Source: Myxococcota bacterium
GTDB taxonomy: Bacteria > Myxococcota_A > UBA9160 > UBA6930
Length of the DNA stretch: 64,000 nt
NCBI GenBank assembly: GCA_965223415.1
Contig: OZ245002.1
Span: 1,696,001 to 1,760,000 of the forward strand
Reading direction: 5' to 3'
Position numbers and translations under genes: made by a program. Every line of letters starts with the position of its first letter. The stretch's first letter is position 1. The notes under the pieces were generated by a model. It did no database searches. It worked only from the letters and a program-made list of their open reading frames with translations, and was not told the DNA's origin. This document shows, piece after piece, positions 31,025 to 40,041 of the stretch.

Positions 31025-31260
31025 TGACCGACGACCTCCTCTCCCAGCTGCCCGTCGGCGCTTCCGGCACCGTGACCGGGATCGACGCGCCCGAGCCCCT
31101 CGCCACACGGCTTCGGGATCTCGGGCTGCATCCGGGCACGCGGGTCCACTGCCTGCGGCGGGCGCCCCTCGGGGACCCGCGGGTCTACGAGCTGCGCGGT
31201 GTGCAGCTGTGTCTGCGGCACAGCGAGGCGGGCCGAGTGCGGGTGAGCGCCGATGGCTGA
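31024..31260 (+). CDS. feoA: Ferrous iron transport protein A
   Basis: RLRDLGLHPGT, APLGDP; directly upstream of feoB. Confidence 0.9.
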   Translation: MTDDLLSQLPVGASGTVTGIDAPEPLATRLRDLGLHPGTRVHCLRRAPLGDPRVYELRGVQLCLRHSEAGRVRVSADG

Positions 31261-33154
31261 GGCACCGGCTCCCGCCCTGCGCCCGATGCGCCTAGGGCTG
31301 GTGGGCAGCCCGAACTCGGGCAAGACGACGCTCTTCAACGCCCTGACCGGCCTGCGCGCCAAGGTCGGCAACTACCCGGGCGTCACGGTCGAGCGCCGTG
31401 AGGGCACGGTACGGATCGACGGCCGCGAGCTGCAGGTGATCGACCTGCCCGGCACCTACGGGCTCGAACCCATGAGCCCGGACGAGGCGGTGGTGAGCCG
31501 GGTCCTCGCCGGGAAGGTGGCGGAGGTCGCGCCGCCGGACGCGCTCATCGTCACGGTCGACGCCTGCGCCCTGGCGCGCTCCCTGGGCTTCGTCGCCGAG
31601 CTCGTCCGGATGGGCCTGCCCACGTGCCTGGTGCTCACCATGACCGACGAGCTCCGGGCGCGCGGCGGCGAGCTCGACCTCCCGCGCCTGCGGGACGCCC
31701 TCGGCATCCCGGTGTTGGGCGTGGTGGGCCACCGCGGCATCGGCCTGGACGCGCTCCGTCAGCTCCTGGCCGAGCCCCTGGCCTGGGACCGGCCGCCGGT
31801 TCCGCCGCCTGCCGATCCGGAGGAGCGCCACGGCTGGTGCGAATCGGTCCTGGAACGGGTGGTGCAGCGGGCGCCGGGGCGCGATCCGCGGACCGCGGGC
31901 ATCGACCGCGTCGTGCTGCACCCGGTGGCCGGCAGCCTGCTCTTCCTCGTGGTGATGGTGCTCTTCTTCCAGCTCATCTTCGCCTGGGCCTCTCCCGCCA
32001 TGGACGTCATCGATGCGGGCGTGGGGGCCCTGGGCAGCGGCGCCCGCGCCGCCCTGCCCGAGGGCCTGCTGGCGGATTTCGTCAGCGACGGCCTGATCGC
32101 CGGCGTGGGCTCGGTCGTGATCTTCCTGCCCCAGATCGTGCTCCTGTTCGGCCTGCTCTACCTGCTCGAGGACGTGGGCTACATGGCGCGGGCTGCCTTC
32201 GTGGTCGACCGGGCGATGGGACGCATCGGGCTCGAGGGTCGGGCCTTCGTCGCGCTGCTCTCGTCCTACGCCTGCGCGGTGCCGGGCATCATGGCCACCC
32301 GCACCGTTCCCTCGCCGCGCCACCGGCTCGTGACCATCCTGGTCGCGCCGCTGATGACCTGCTCCGCGCGCCTGCCGGTCTACGCGCTTCTGATCGGCGC
32401 GTTCGTCCCGCCCACCACAATGTGGGGCGGGCTCGGCCTCCAGGGGCTGGTGCTGCTGGGCCTCTACCTGCTCGGCGCCGCGACGGCCCTGGTGGCAGCG
32501 GCGGTGCTGAACCGCTTCGTGGTGGAGCCCGCGGCGTTGCCCTTCGTGCTCGAGCTGCCGCCCTACCGGATGCCGCCGCCGAAGCTGTGGGCCTCCCAGG
32601 TTTGGGGCGCCGCCAGCGCCTTCCTGCGCCGGGCGGGCACGATCATCCTGTGCGTGTCGATCGTCCTGTGGGCGCTCCTCACCTTTCCGCGAGCCGAGGC
32701 CCCGGCCGGTACGAGCGCCCCGGAGGCGGCCCGCTACGCCGTCGAGCACAGCGCGGCGGGGCGCATCGGGCGCGCCATCGAGCCGGCGATCGCCCCCCTG
32801 GGCTTCGACTGGAAGATCGGCGTGGGACTGGTGGCCAGCCTCGCGGCGCGCGAGGTGATCGTCGCCACCCTGGCCCAGGTGTACGCGGCCTCGGAGGAGG
32901 ACGAGGTCTCGCTGCGGGCGGCGGTGATCGCCGACGTGGACCCGCGCACCGGCGAGCGCGTCTTCACGCCCGCCACCGTGGCCTCGCTGCTGATCTTCTT
33001 CGTGTTCGCGCTCCAGTGCATGTCGACCCTGGCGGTGATGCGGCGGGAGACCAACTCCTGGCGCTGGCCCGCCTTCGCCTTCGGGTACCTTCTCGCCCTC
33101 GCCTACGGAGCGAGCTTCCTCACCTACCGGATCGTCGATGCCCTCACGACCTGA
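31253..33154 (+). CDS. feoB: Ferrous iron transport protein B
   Basis: GSPNSGKTT, NYPGVTVE, DLPGTY, EDVGYMAR, CSARLPVY, ELPPYR. Confidence 0.96.
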   Translation: MAEAPAPALRPMRLGLVGSPNSGKTTLFNALTGLRAKVGNYPGVTVERREGTVRIDGRELQVIDLPGTYGLEPMSPDEAVVSRVLAGKVAEVAPPDALIVTVDACALARSLGFVAELVRMGLPTCLVLTMTDELRARGGELDLPRLRDALGIPVLGVVGHRGIGLDALRQLLAEPLAWDRPPVPPPADPEERHGWCESVLERVVQRAPGRDPRTAGIDRVVLHPVAGSLLFLVVMVLFFQLIFAWASPAMDVIDAGVGALGSGARAALPEGLLADFVSDGLIAGVGSVVIFLPQIVLLFGLLYLLEDVGYMARAAFVVDRAMGRIGLEGRAFVALLSSYACAVPGIMATRTVPSPRHRLVTILVAPLMTCSARLPVYALLIGAFVPPTTMWGGLGLQGLVLLGLYLLGAATALVAAAVLNRFVVEPAALPFVLELPPYRMPPPKLWASQVWGAASAFLRRAGTIILCVSIVLWALLTFPRAEAPAGTSAPEAARYAVEHSAAGRIGRAIEPAIAPLGFDWKIGVGLVASLAAREVIVATLAQVYAASEEDEVSLRAAVIADVDPRTGERVFTPATVASLLIFFVFALQCMSTLAVMRRETNSWRWPAFAFGYLLALAYGASFLTYRIVDALTT

Positions 33155-34028
33155 GCTCCTCACCTGGCTCGCCTTCGGGCTGCTTCTGCTTCCCTTCCTG
33201 GGCTGCGGAACGAAGTACGCGCGCCAGACGATCCGGGACGACGGCGAGGTCCGGGTCGTCCTGCGCGCGGAGATCAGCGGCGACGCGCGGGTCGAGCAGC
33301 ACTTCCGGCACCCGGCCACCATCTCCAACATCCGCCTGGCCCACATCCTGTCGCGCATCGACGTGCGCAGCGCGGTGGACGACGACGGGGGCCAGCGCAA
33401 GCCGGCCATCGACACCGCGCTCCTGTACGGCCTGGGCGACGTGCTGAGCGAGGCGTTCGCGAAGGCGAAGAGCGACCAGGAGATCGTCGTCGAGGCCACC
33501 CGCAAGGAGAAGCGCCTCGGCATCTTCCACCAGGCCTACATGACGAGCTTCGTCGCCTACGTCGGCGGTGACGACCTGCTCTACCTGCACCTGAACCGGG
33601 TCGACTGGCCGGTTCCAAAGAGCGAGAACACCGAGACCAAGGAGCCCGCCGTAGGCCGCGAGGTCATGCGCTTCAAGGTCATCGCCTCCAACGCCATCGA
33701 GGCCGTCGGCCACCAGGCCGTCGCGGTCGAGTGGCGCGACCCGATCTTCCGCAAGGCCTCCAACATCCGCGTGGGCCCCACCGGCCGCGTCATGCGCCGC
33801 ACCATCCTGATGGGTGAGCCCGAGGAGGCACCGGAAGACGCCCCAGAGCTCCCCGCCGAAGTCATCCCCAGCGACCCGGCGGCTCTCCGCGCCCTCGCCG
33901 AACTCGAAGAGGCCCGCCGAGCCGGCGAGATCACCGAAGCCGAGTACCGCAGACGCCGCCGCGAGCTGCTGAATGAAGAAACGGGGCCGGAGTTAAGAAT
34001 TCAGTTACGCCCCAAGGGGCGTAACTGA
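33138..34028 (+). CDS. Lipoprotein with a C-terminal SHOCT-like helix pair
   Basis: Lipobox FLGC; ELEEARRAGEITEAEYRRRRRELL; the last ~17 codons are read from the palindromic element. Confidence 0.75.
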   Translation: MPSRPELLTWLAFGLLLLPFLGCGTKYARQTIRDDGEVRVVLRAEISGDARVEQHFRHPATISNIRLAHILSRIDVRSAVDDDGGQRKPAIDTALLYGLGDVLSEAFAKAKSDQEIVVEATRKEKRLGIFHQAYMTSFVAYVGGDDLLYLHLNRVDWPVPKSENTETKEPAVGREVMRFKVIASNAIEAVGHQAVAVEWRDPIFRKASNIRVGPTGRVMRRTILMGEPEEAPEDAPELPAEVIPSDPAALRALAELEEARRAGEITEAEYRRRRRELLNEETGPELRIQLRPKGRN

Positions 34029-34055
34029 ATTCTTAACTCCGGCCCCGTTTCTTCA
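33974..34055. mobile_element. 82-bp perfect palindrome; non-autonomous REPIN/MITE-like derivative of the family-A repeat
   Basis: 40-bp arms TGAAGAAACGGGGCCGGAGTTAAGAATTCAGTTACGCCCC with an AA loop; 32/34 match to the extended right repeat of the transposase locus; abuts CTAG 34056-34059. Confidence 0.85.
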
Positions 34056-34811
34056 CTAGAGGTTGCCCTTGTGCTGGCCGCCGTCCACCGCGAGGGTCAC
34101 GCCGGTGATCCAGCTGGCGGGGGCGGAGGCGAGGAAGACGACGGCGGCAGCCACTTCCTCGGCGGTGCCGAGGCGCCCGAAGGGGATCGAGGTGCGGATG
34201 GCCTCGTAGGCCGGCTCGTTGACCTTCTTGATCGTCTCCCACATGCCGCCGGGGAACTCGATGGAGCCCGGGGCGACGGTGTTCACGCGAATGCCCTGGG
34301 GTGCCAGGTTGATGGCCAGCGTCTTCGAGTGGCTCATCAGCGCCGCCTTCACCGCGGCGTAGGCGGGAGGCGAGCCGGCCTCCAGGCCCGAGGTCGACGA
34401 GATGTGGATCACGGCACCGCCACCCGCCTCCTTCATCCACGGCACCACCTTCCAGGTGGCGCGCACCGACGCCATCACGTCCACGTCGAAGCCGGCGGAC
34501 CAGCCGGCCTCGTCGTCGCTCACGCCGAAGCCGGAGGCGTTGTTCACGAGCACGTCGACGCCGCCCAGGGCATCACGGGCGGCGTCGAGAAAGCCGCCGA
34601 GAGCGTCGGCGTCCACCACGTCGCAGGGAGCGGCGTAGGCGCGGACGCCGCGGGACTCGAGCTCCTTGGCCGTCGACTCGAGGGGTCCCTCGCTGCGCGC
34701 GCAGATCGCGACGTTCGCTCCCTCGTCGGCGAACGCCAGGGCCGTCGCCCGCCCGATGCCCTTGCTGCCGCCGGTGATCACCACGTTCCTGCCCGCGAGC
34801 CCGAGATCCAT
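34056..34811 (-). CDS. SDR family oxidoreductase
   Basis: TGGSKGIG, VLVNNA, YAAVK, IRVNTVAPG, VDGG. Confidence 0.93.
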   Translation of the reverse strand: MDLGLAGRNVVITGGSKGIGRATALAFADEGANVAICARSEGPLESTAKELESRGVRAYAAPCDVVDADALGGFLDAARDALGGVDVLVNNASGFGVSDDEAGWSAGFDVDVMASVRATWKVVPWMKEAGGGAVIHISSTSGLEAGSPPAYAAVKAALMSHSKTLAINLAPQGIRVNTVAPGSIEFPGGMWETIKKVNEPAYEAIRTSIPFGRLGTAEEVAAAVVFLASAPASWITGVTLAVDGGQHKGNL

Positions 34812-35083
34812 GTCGTCCTCCTCGATCCGGGCATGCTATCGCGAACCGGCAGCCTCGCCTCAGCCCACGGGCTGGAGCGTCCGATGAGCGGATATGGCGT
34901 CACGGGACTCCAGTCGCGCCTACCACTGCGATCGCTGTGGCTCCGAGGCCGGGCGCCCCGGCGGATTCGTGATTGCCATGCCTCCCGAGTCGCCGGGCTG
35001 GGGAGCGCTGTACCCGGTCGCCTCCTTGCTGGCCAACGTCTTCGTCTTCCCGGCCTTGCTCCTCCGACCGCTCGCTCGACCGG

Positions 35084-35557
35084 CTACCAGTACCGGACCG
35101 GCTCGACCCCCTGGGCGTCGACCAGCTCGGCCTTGACGGCGGCCACGTCGTAGCAGTTCAGCTCGAAGCGGTTGTCCCAGGGATCCAGGAAGTCGAACGC
35201 GTAGCAGAGGTCGAAGTCGATCACGTCGTCGGGGCGGAGGGGCGCACCGCGGGGGCTGCGGATGTCACTCCCCTCGAGTTGGCCGGCGAAGGCCAGGAAG
35301 GCCGCGGCATCGACCCGGAAGGCGGCCCCCATCTCGAGGGTGGTGCGCTCGTGACCGCCGCCCGCCTGGAAGAGCGCGATGGCGCTGCGGCCGCCGTCCG
35401 CGGAGAGGTGGAGCGGCCCGCCCTCGATCTTCGTCCAGGGCTCGGCCTCCGGTACCGGGCGAAAGCCGAGGCGCTCCTCGTACCAACGTGCGGCGGCGGC
35501 GCGATCGGGTACGACGACGTGCACATGATCGAGAGAACCCATCGCGAACGAGCTCAT
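35084..35557 (-). CDS. VOC (glyoxalase-like) family protein
   Basis: LDHVHVVV...WYEERLGF and FLDPWDNRFEL. Confidence 0.8.
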   Translation of the reverse strand: MSSFAMGSLDHVHVVVPDRAAAARWYEERLGFRPVPEAEPWTKIEGGPLHLSADGGRSAIALFQAGGGHERTTLEMGAAFRVDAAAFLAFAGQLEGSDIRSPRGAPLRPDDVIDFDLCYAFDFLDPWDNRFELNCYDVAAVKAELVDAQGVEPVRYW

Positions 35558-36381
35558 GACGTCGGTCCCTTCTCCGCGAGGCGCTTCATGAAGCCCCACT
35601 GGTAGCCCTCCGGGTCGGCGACGGTAAGCATCCGGACGCCGTAGGGCTGGTCTTCGGGCGGCCTGGCCTCCACGCCGGCCGCCTTCACCCGAGTGTAGAC
35701 CGCGTCGACGTCGTCGACCCAGACGCCGACCCAGAGCGGCAGCGGCTTGCCGTCGGGGTCGCAGATGCGACGGCCGCCGCCGTCGAGCCACAGCTCGGTG
35801 GCACCGACGCGCATCTCCGCGTTCTGGACCGTGCCGTCGGGGTTCGACCAGCGGCCCTTCTCGACGAAGCCGAAGACCCGCGCGTACCACTTGAGCATCG
35901 CCGCCGCGTCCTCGTAGAACAGGTAGGGGACGAGGCCGGTCACGGTCATGTCAGGGGTCCGGGCGAGGTGCGCTTCGAACCAGCGCGTGACGATGTGCCA
36001 GCCGTGGCGGGACACCCGCTTCGCCTCTTCCGGGTCGAGCTGGTCGAGGCCGCGGGTCTCGATCGAGACCCGGGTTCCCCCGGCGATCGGATCGAAGAGG
36101 ACGTCGATCTCGCAGTCCTTCTCGTCGCGGAACACGAGCCGCCGACCGGGCTCCCAGACGGTGATCGTCCCGATGGTCGGGCCCTCGCCGGTCGCTGCAT
36201 CGTGGACCTCGACGAGGCGTCCGCCGACGCCGGGCTCGACGCGCATGGCGACCGCACGCCGGGCGTCCTTCACGGTGTGCCGGCCGATCCGGTACCAATC
36301 GCCGAACTCCTCCGTGAAGACCCGGAACGCCTCGGCCGGCGCCGCCCGGACCTCGACCGCCAGTCGCACCGAAGCCTCCAT
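35554..36381 (-). CDS. SRPBCC (AHSA1-like) plus VOC fusion protein
   Basis: AFRVFTE...WEPGRRLVF...HGW, then LVPYLFYED...WYARVFGF...DPEGYQW. Confidence 0.8.
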   Translation of the reverse strand: MEASVRLAVEVRAAPAEAFRVFTEEFGDWYRIGRHTVKDARRAVAMRVEPGVGGRLVEVHDAATGEGPTIGTITVWEPGRRLVFRDEKDCEIDVLFDPIAGGTRVSIETRGLDQLDPEEAKRVSRHGWHIVTRWFEAHLARTPDMTVTGLVPYLFYEDAAAMLKWYARVFGFVEKGRWSNPDGTVQNAEMRVGATELWLDGGGRRICDPDGKPLPLWVGVWVDDVDAVYTRVKAAGVEARPPEDQPYGVRMLTVADPEGYQWGFMKRLAEKGPTS

Positions 36382-36704
36382 CAGCGGACCCTGCCTTCCA
36401 CGTGCCTCTGGAAGCGCGTCAGCTGCTCGGACCAATGCGCCCGCACCTCGGCGAGCCATCGCTGGAGATCGTCGATGCGGTCTCCGCGGAGCCGGTAGAT
36501 CCGGGCCCGGGCGTCGTCGTCGGGGGTCTCCGCCTCGACCACGCCGTGCTGCCGCAGCACCCGCAGATGGCGGCTCATGGCCGGGCGTCCGACGCCGACC
36601 CGGTGAGCGAGCTCGCCGGCCCGGTGGGGCCGATCCCCGAGGAGCTCGACGACCCGCCGGCGGGCCGGATCGGCGAGCGAGGCGAGGATGGGATCGACGG
36701 CCAT
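36381..36704 (-). CDS. ArsR/SmtB family transcriptional regulator
   Basis: LADPARRRVVELL, AMSRHLRVLRQHGVV, RIYRL. Confidence 0.9.
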   Translation of the reverse strand: MAVDPILASLADPARRRVVELLGDRPHRAGELAHRVGVGRPAMSRHLRVLRQHGVVEAETPDDDARARIYRLRGDRIDDLQRWLAEVRAHWSEQLTRFQRHVEGRVR

Positions 36705-36728
36705 ATAATTTCGATAATGCGCAATCAT
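36705..36728. promoter_or_regulatory. Putative ArsR autoregulatory operator
   Basis: 9-6-9 imperfect inverted repeat ATAATTTCG-ATAATG-CGCAATCAT directly against the ArsR start codon; no SD, so possibly leaderless. Confidence 0.55.
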
Positions 36729-36870
36729 TCATGAATTCGCAACAGAAGAATGTGCCCCTGGGGGACGGACACCAATCTGGCCGGCTTTCCGTAACCTCCT
36801 GCGTTCGCCTGCCGACACACCTCCCGGGGCCCCCTGCCCCGAGCCCCATCCCCGTCTCTGCGGAGCGCCC

Positions 36871-39800
36871 ATGAACATCCTGCTCGAGATCCTCCTCGTC
36901 GCCCTCTTCGCCGTCGCTGTCTCCCGGCTGACGACCGATCCCTGGAAGGGACGACTGTTCTCGGCGCTCAAGCTGTGGCTGACCGTGCGCATGGTGTGGC
37001 TGCTCTCGGTCTGGCCGGTGACGCTCGAGGACGGAACGACGGCGCCGATCTGGCGGGTCGTGATGGACACGGCGGCGGCCATCGACCCGAGTGTGTTCTG
37101 GTCCTTCGTGGCCCTCGCCGTCGGCGTGAAGCTCATCGGGATCTTCTCCTCGATGTACCGCTGGCAGCTGATCCTGCGCGGCCAGGGCATCGAGTTCACC
37201 TTCCGCCACATCTTCGGGACGTTCCTGATCGGGCGCGCGATCGGCTTCTTCTTGCCGAGCACCGTCGGCCTCGACGCCTACATGCTCTACGACGCCGCCA
37301 AGCTCTCCGGGCGGACCGTCGAGGTGACGGCGGGCAAGTTCCTCGAGAAGGTGATCGGCTTCAGCGGCATCTTCATCTCGTTCCTCGTCGCCCTGCCCTT
37401 CGGCGTGGCCATCTTCGGCGAGCACGGCACGACCGTCGCGATGGTCACCATCCCCATCGCGAGCGGTGTGATCGTCGCGCTGATGATGCTGCTCTGGTTC
37501 CCGGGCATCGTGCAGTGGTTCCTCGAGAACGTGCCGATCCCCGCGAAGGCGCGACTGCAAGGCCTGTTGACCCGCGCCTCCAACGCGTCGGCAGCCTATC
37601 GGGACAAGAAGGGCCTCGTCGTCCTGCTCTTCTTCCTGAGCTTCCTGGTGCACTTCACCACCGCGGCCATGTACTACTTCACGGCCATCGCTGTGGGTGT
37701 CGGCGACCGCGCCGAGTTCTGGCCGATCGCCTTCGGCTCCTCGATCCAGATCTTCGCGACGGTCGTCGGCCCGACGATCGGCGGCATTGGCATCCGCGAG
37801 GCAGCCCAGTACGCGCTCCTCGGCAACCTGCTCGGGCCCGGCGGCGCGATCCTCTCGGCCAGTCTGGGCTTCCTGGCCGCCGAGGCGCCGACGGTGCTCG
37901 GTTTCGTGATCTGGCTCGTGCGCGGCGACGGCTATCGCCCCGCGGTCTGCAAGGTGGACGGCGTACAGGTGGACTACGACGAGGCCGCCAAGGCGGCGCT
38001 CGCCCTCGAGACCGAAGAGGAGCGCGAGGCCTGGAAGGACTCGCCCCACGTCTCGGTGCCCCTGGCCAGCCGCATGCGCGACGGCGCCGCCTACGGCCTC
38101 GGCGCGGGCATCCTCGCCGGCCTGCTCGTGGGCCTGCCGGAGACCCTCGCCATCGCGGCGGGCGGGTTCGGCACCGAGGCCCAGGTGCTCTGGTACGGCC
38201 CGCTCGCCTACGCGGCGTTCTTCGGCGCCCTGTGTCTCGCCGGCGGCCTGGTGCTTGCGGTGCTGCCCATGAGCCGGGAGGAGATCCGCGGCTGGACGCC
38301 CTCGCTGGCGATCCTCGCGACGGCGGTGCCGATCGGCCTGGCGGTGACGGTGTTCCGCCTGCGCCGTGACCTGTACGCGGAGCAGATGCCCCCGCTGCCC
38401 GTGCTGCTCGCGGTGGTGGCCGGCTTCGGCGTCCTTGCGCTGCTGCTCTTCTTCGTCGGCCCGCGGCTCTTCCGCGGCGGCCTCGGCACCCTCGCGAAGC
38501 CGCTGCCGGCGCTGGGACTCGCGGGTCTCCTCGGCGTGATCGGCGCCCTCGGCACGGGTGCCGTGAACCTGGTCGAGACCGGCGGCGCCGCACCGAGCGT
38601 GGTGCCGGTGCAGCTCGCCGAGCGCCCGAACCTCATCCTCGTGATGGTCGACACCCTGCGCGCCGACCACCTTTCCTGCTACGGCGGCCCGGTGGAGACG
38701 CCGAACCTGTGTCGCGTCGCCACGGACGGCGGCACGATCTACGACGGCTTCAGCCACTCCTCCTGGACCAAGCCAGCGACGGCGACGCTGCTGACCTCCC
38801 TCGTGCCCACCAGCCACCGGGCGATGTCGAAGCCCGCGGCCCTGGGCCCCGAGATCGACACTCTCGCCGAGGAGCTCCAGAGCCACGGCTACGCCACCGG
38901 CGGCTTCGTCTCGAACACGAACCTGACCGAGAGCTTCGGCTTCGCTCAGGGCTTCGACGAGTACCACTACCTGGGCCCGGACTACCTGTTCGGCGCCCAG
39001 GAGTCGTCGTCGAAGCTGGTGATGTACCAGATCCTGCGGCGGGTCTGGTTCGCGCTGCCCCAGGGCCTGCGCTTCGGCGATTTCTACCAGGATTCGGAGG
39101 TCGTGAACGGCCACGCGATGCCGTGGCTCGAGCGGCACAAGGACGCCCGCTTCTTCCTCTTCCTCCACTACATGGATCCGCACGATCCCTACTTCGAGCA
39201 CCCGTACAACGGCTACGGCATCGCGCGGGCATCGAATCAACATCCGCCGGCTTCGATGGCGGAGGAGATGCAGCGGCTCTACCGGCAGGAGATCGCCTAT
39301 CTGGACGACCACTTCGGCCGGCTCCTGAATCACCTCGAGGACCTGGGCGTCTACGAGAACACGGTGATCGCCCTGGTCTCGGACCACGGCGAGGAGTTCC
39401 ACGAGCACGGCGGCTTCTGGCACGGGCTCACGCTCTACGACGAGCAGATCCGCGTGCCTCTCCTGGTGAAGTGGCCGAAGGACCGGCGCGGCGCGGTGCC
39501 CGACGCTCGCGGCGAGGTGGCGCGGCTGATCGACGTGGCGCCCACCCTGCTGGCCCAGGCCGGTGCGCCGCCGGCGGACGCCATGCAGGGCCGCGACCTG
39601 GCAATGGACCTGTCGCTGCGAAGCGAAGCCGAGCGCATGGTGTTCGCCGAGGAGGACCACGAGGGCAACGTGCTGCGCGCGATCCGCACCCGCTCCTGGA
39701 AGTGGATCGAAGCGAACGAGGGCAACCCGCGCGGCCTGCCCGGGAACGAGCTCTTCGACATGGTGTCCGATGCAGGGGAAACGCGAAATCTCCACGACCA

Positions 39801-39975
39801 GAAGACGAGCGTGGCTGCCGAGCTGCGGGCGCACGCCGAGGGCCAGCAACGGCTCGCCGAGAGCGGCCAGGTGGGCGAGGCCCACCAGGCCCAGATCTCT
39901 GCGGCGGAGTGCGAAGCCCTGATGGCGCTGGGCTACGTCGAGAGCTGCGACGAGGACGAGACCGCGACGCCCTGA
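36871..39975 (+). CDS. Membrane protein: LPG-synthase-TM/UPF0104 (flippase-like) domain fused to a sulfatase-fold hydrolase/transferase
   Basis: YRWQLIL, FLPSTVGLD, TIGGIGIRE in the TM part; RPNLILVMVDTLRAD, WTKPATATLLT, HYMDPHDPY, SDHGEEF, HG in the soluble part. Confidence 0.85.
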   Translation: MNILLEILLVALFAVAVSRLTTDPWKGRLFSALKLWLTVRMVWLLSVWPVTLEDGTTAPIWRVVMDTAAAIDPSVFWSFVALAVGVKLIGIFSSMYRWQLILRGQGIEFTFRHIFGTFLIGRAIGFFLPSTVGLDAYMLYDAAKLSGRTVEVTAGKFLEKVIGFSGIFISFLVALPFGVAIFGEHGTTVAMVTIPIASGVIVALMMLLWFPGIVQWFLENVPIPAKARLQGLLTRASNASAAYRDKKGLVVLLFFLSFLVHFTTAAMYYFTAIAVGVGDRAEFWPIAFGSSIQIFATVVGPTIGGIGIREAAQYALLGNLLGPGGAILSASLGFLAAEAPTVLGFVIWLVRGDGYRPAVCKVDGVQVDYDEAAKAALALETEEEREAWKDSPHVSVPLASRMRDGAAYGLGAGILAGLLVGLPETLAIAAGGFGTEAQVLWYGPLAYAAFFGALCLAGGLVLAVLPMSREEIRGWTPSLAILATAVPIGLAVTVFRLRRDLYAEQMPPLPVLLAVVAGFGVLALLLFFVGPRLFRGGLGTLAKPLPALGLAGLLGVIGALGTGAVNLVETGGAAPSVVPVQLAERPNLILVMVDTLRADHLSCYGGPVETPNLCRVATDGGTIYDGFSHSSWTKPATATLLTSLVPTSHRAMSKPAALGPEIDTLAEELQSHGYATGGFVSNTNLTESFGFAQGFDEYHYLGPDYLFGAQESSSKLVMYQILRRVWFALPQGLRFGDFYQDSEVVNGHAMPWLERHKDARFFLFLHYMDPHDPYFEHPYNGYGIARASNQHPPASMAEEMQRLYRQEIAYLDDHFGRLLNHLEDLGVYENTVIALVSDHGEEFHEHGGFWHGLTLYDEQIRVPLLVKWPKDRRGAVPDARGEVARLIDVAPTLLAQAGAPPADAMQGRDLAMDLSLRSEAERMVFAEEDHEGNVLRAIRTRSWKWIEANEGNPRGLPGNELFDMVSDAGETRNLHDQKTSVAAELRAHAEGQQRLAESGQVGEAHQAQISAAECEALMALGYVESCDEDETATP

Positions 39976-40041
39976 ACCCCGCCGGGACGGGCCTGCTACC
40001 TTCCCGCGCGGTGGCGATCTGATCCGAGGGACCCCAACCAC

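Noticed and set aside
34894..35136. 80-aa ORF with CxxC and a hydrophobic stretch
   Set aside because: It has a weak RBS, overlaps the convergent VOC gene by about 50 bp, and matches no family I recognise; it cannot be supported without a homology search.
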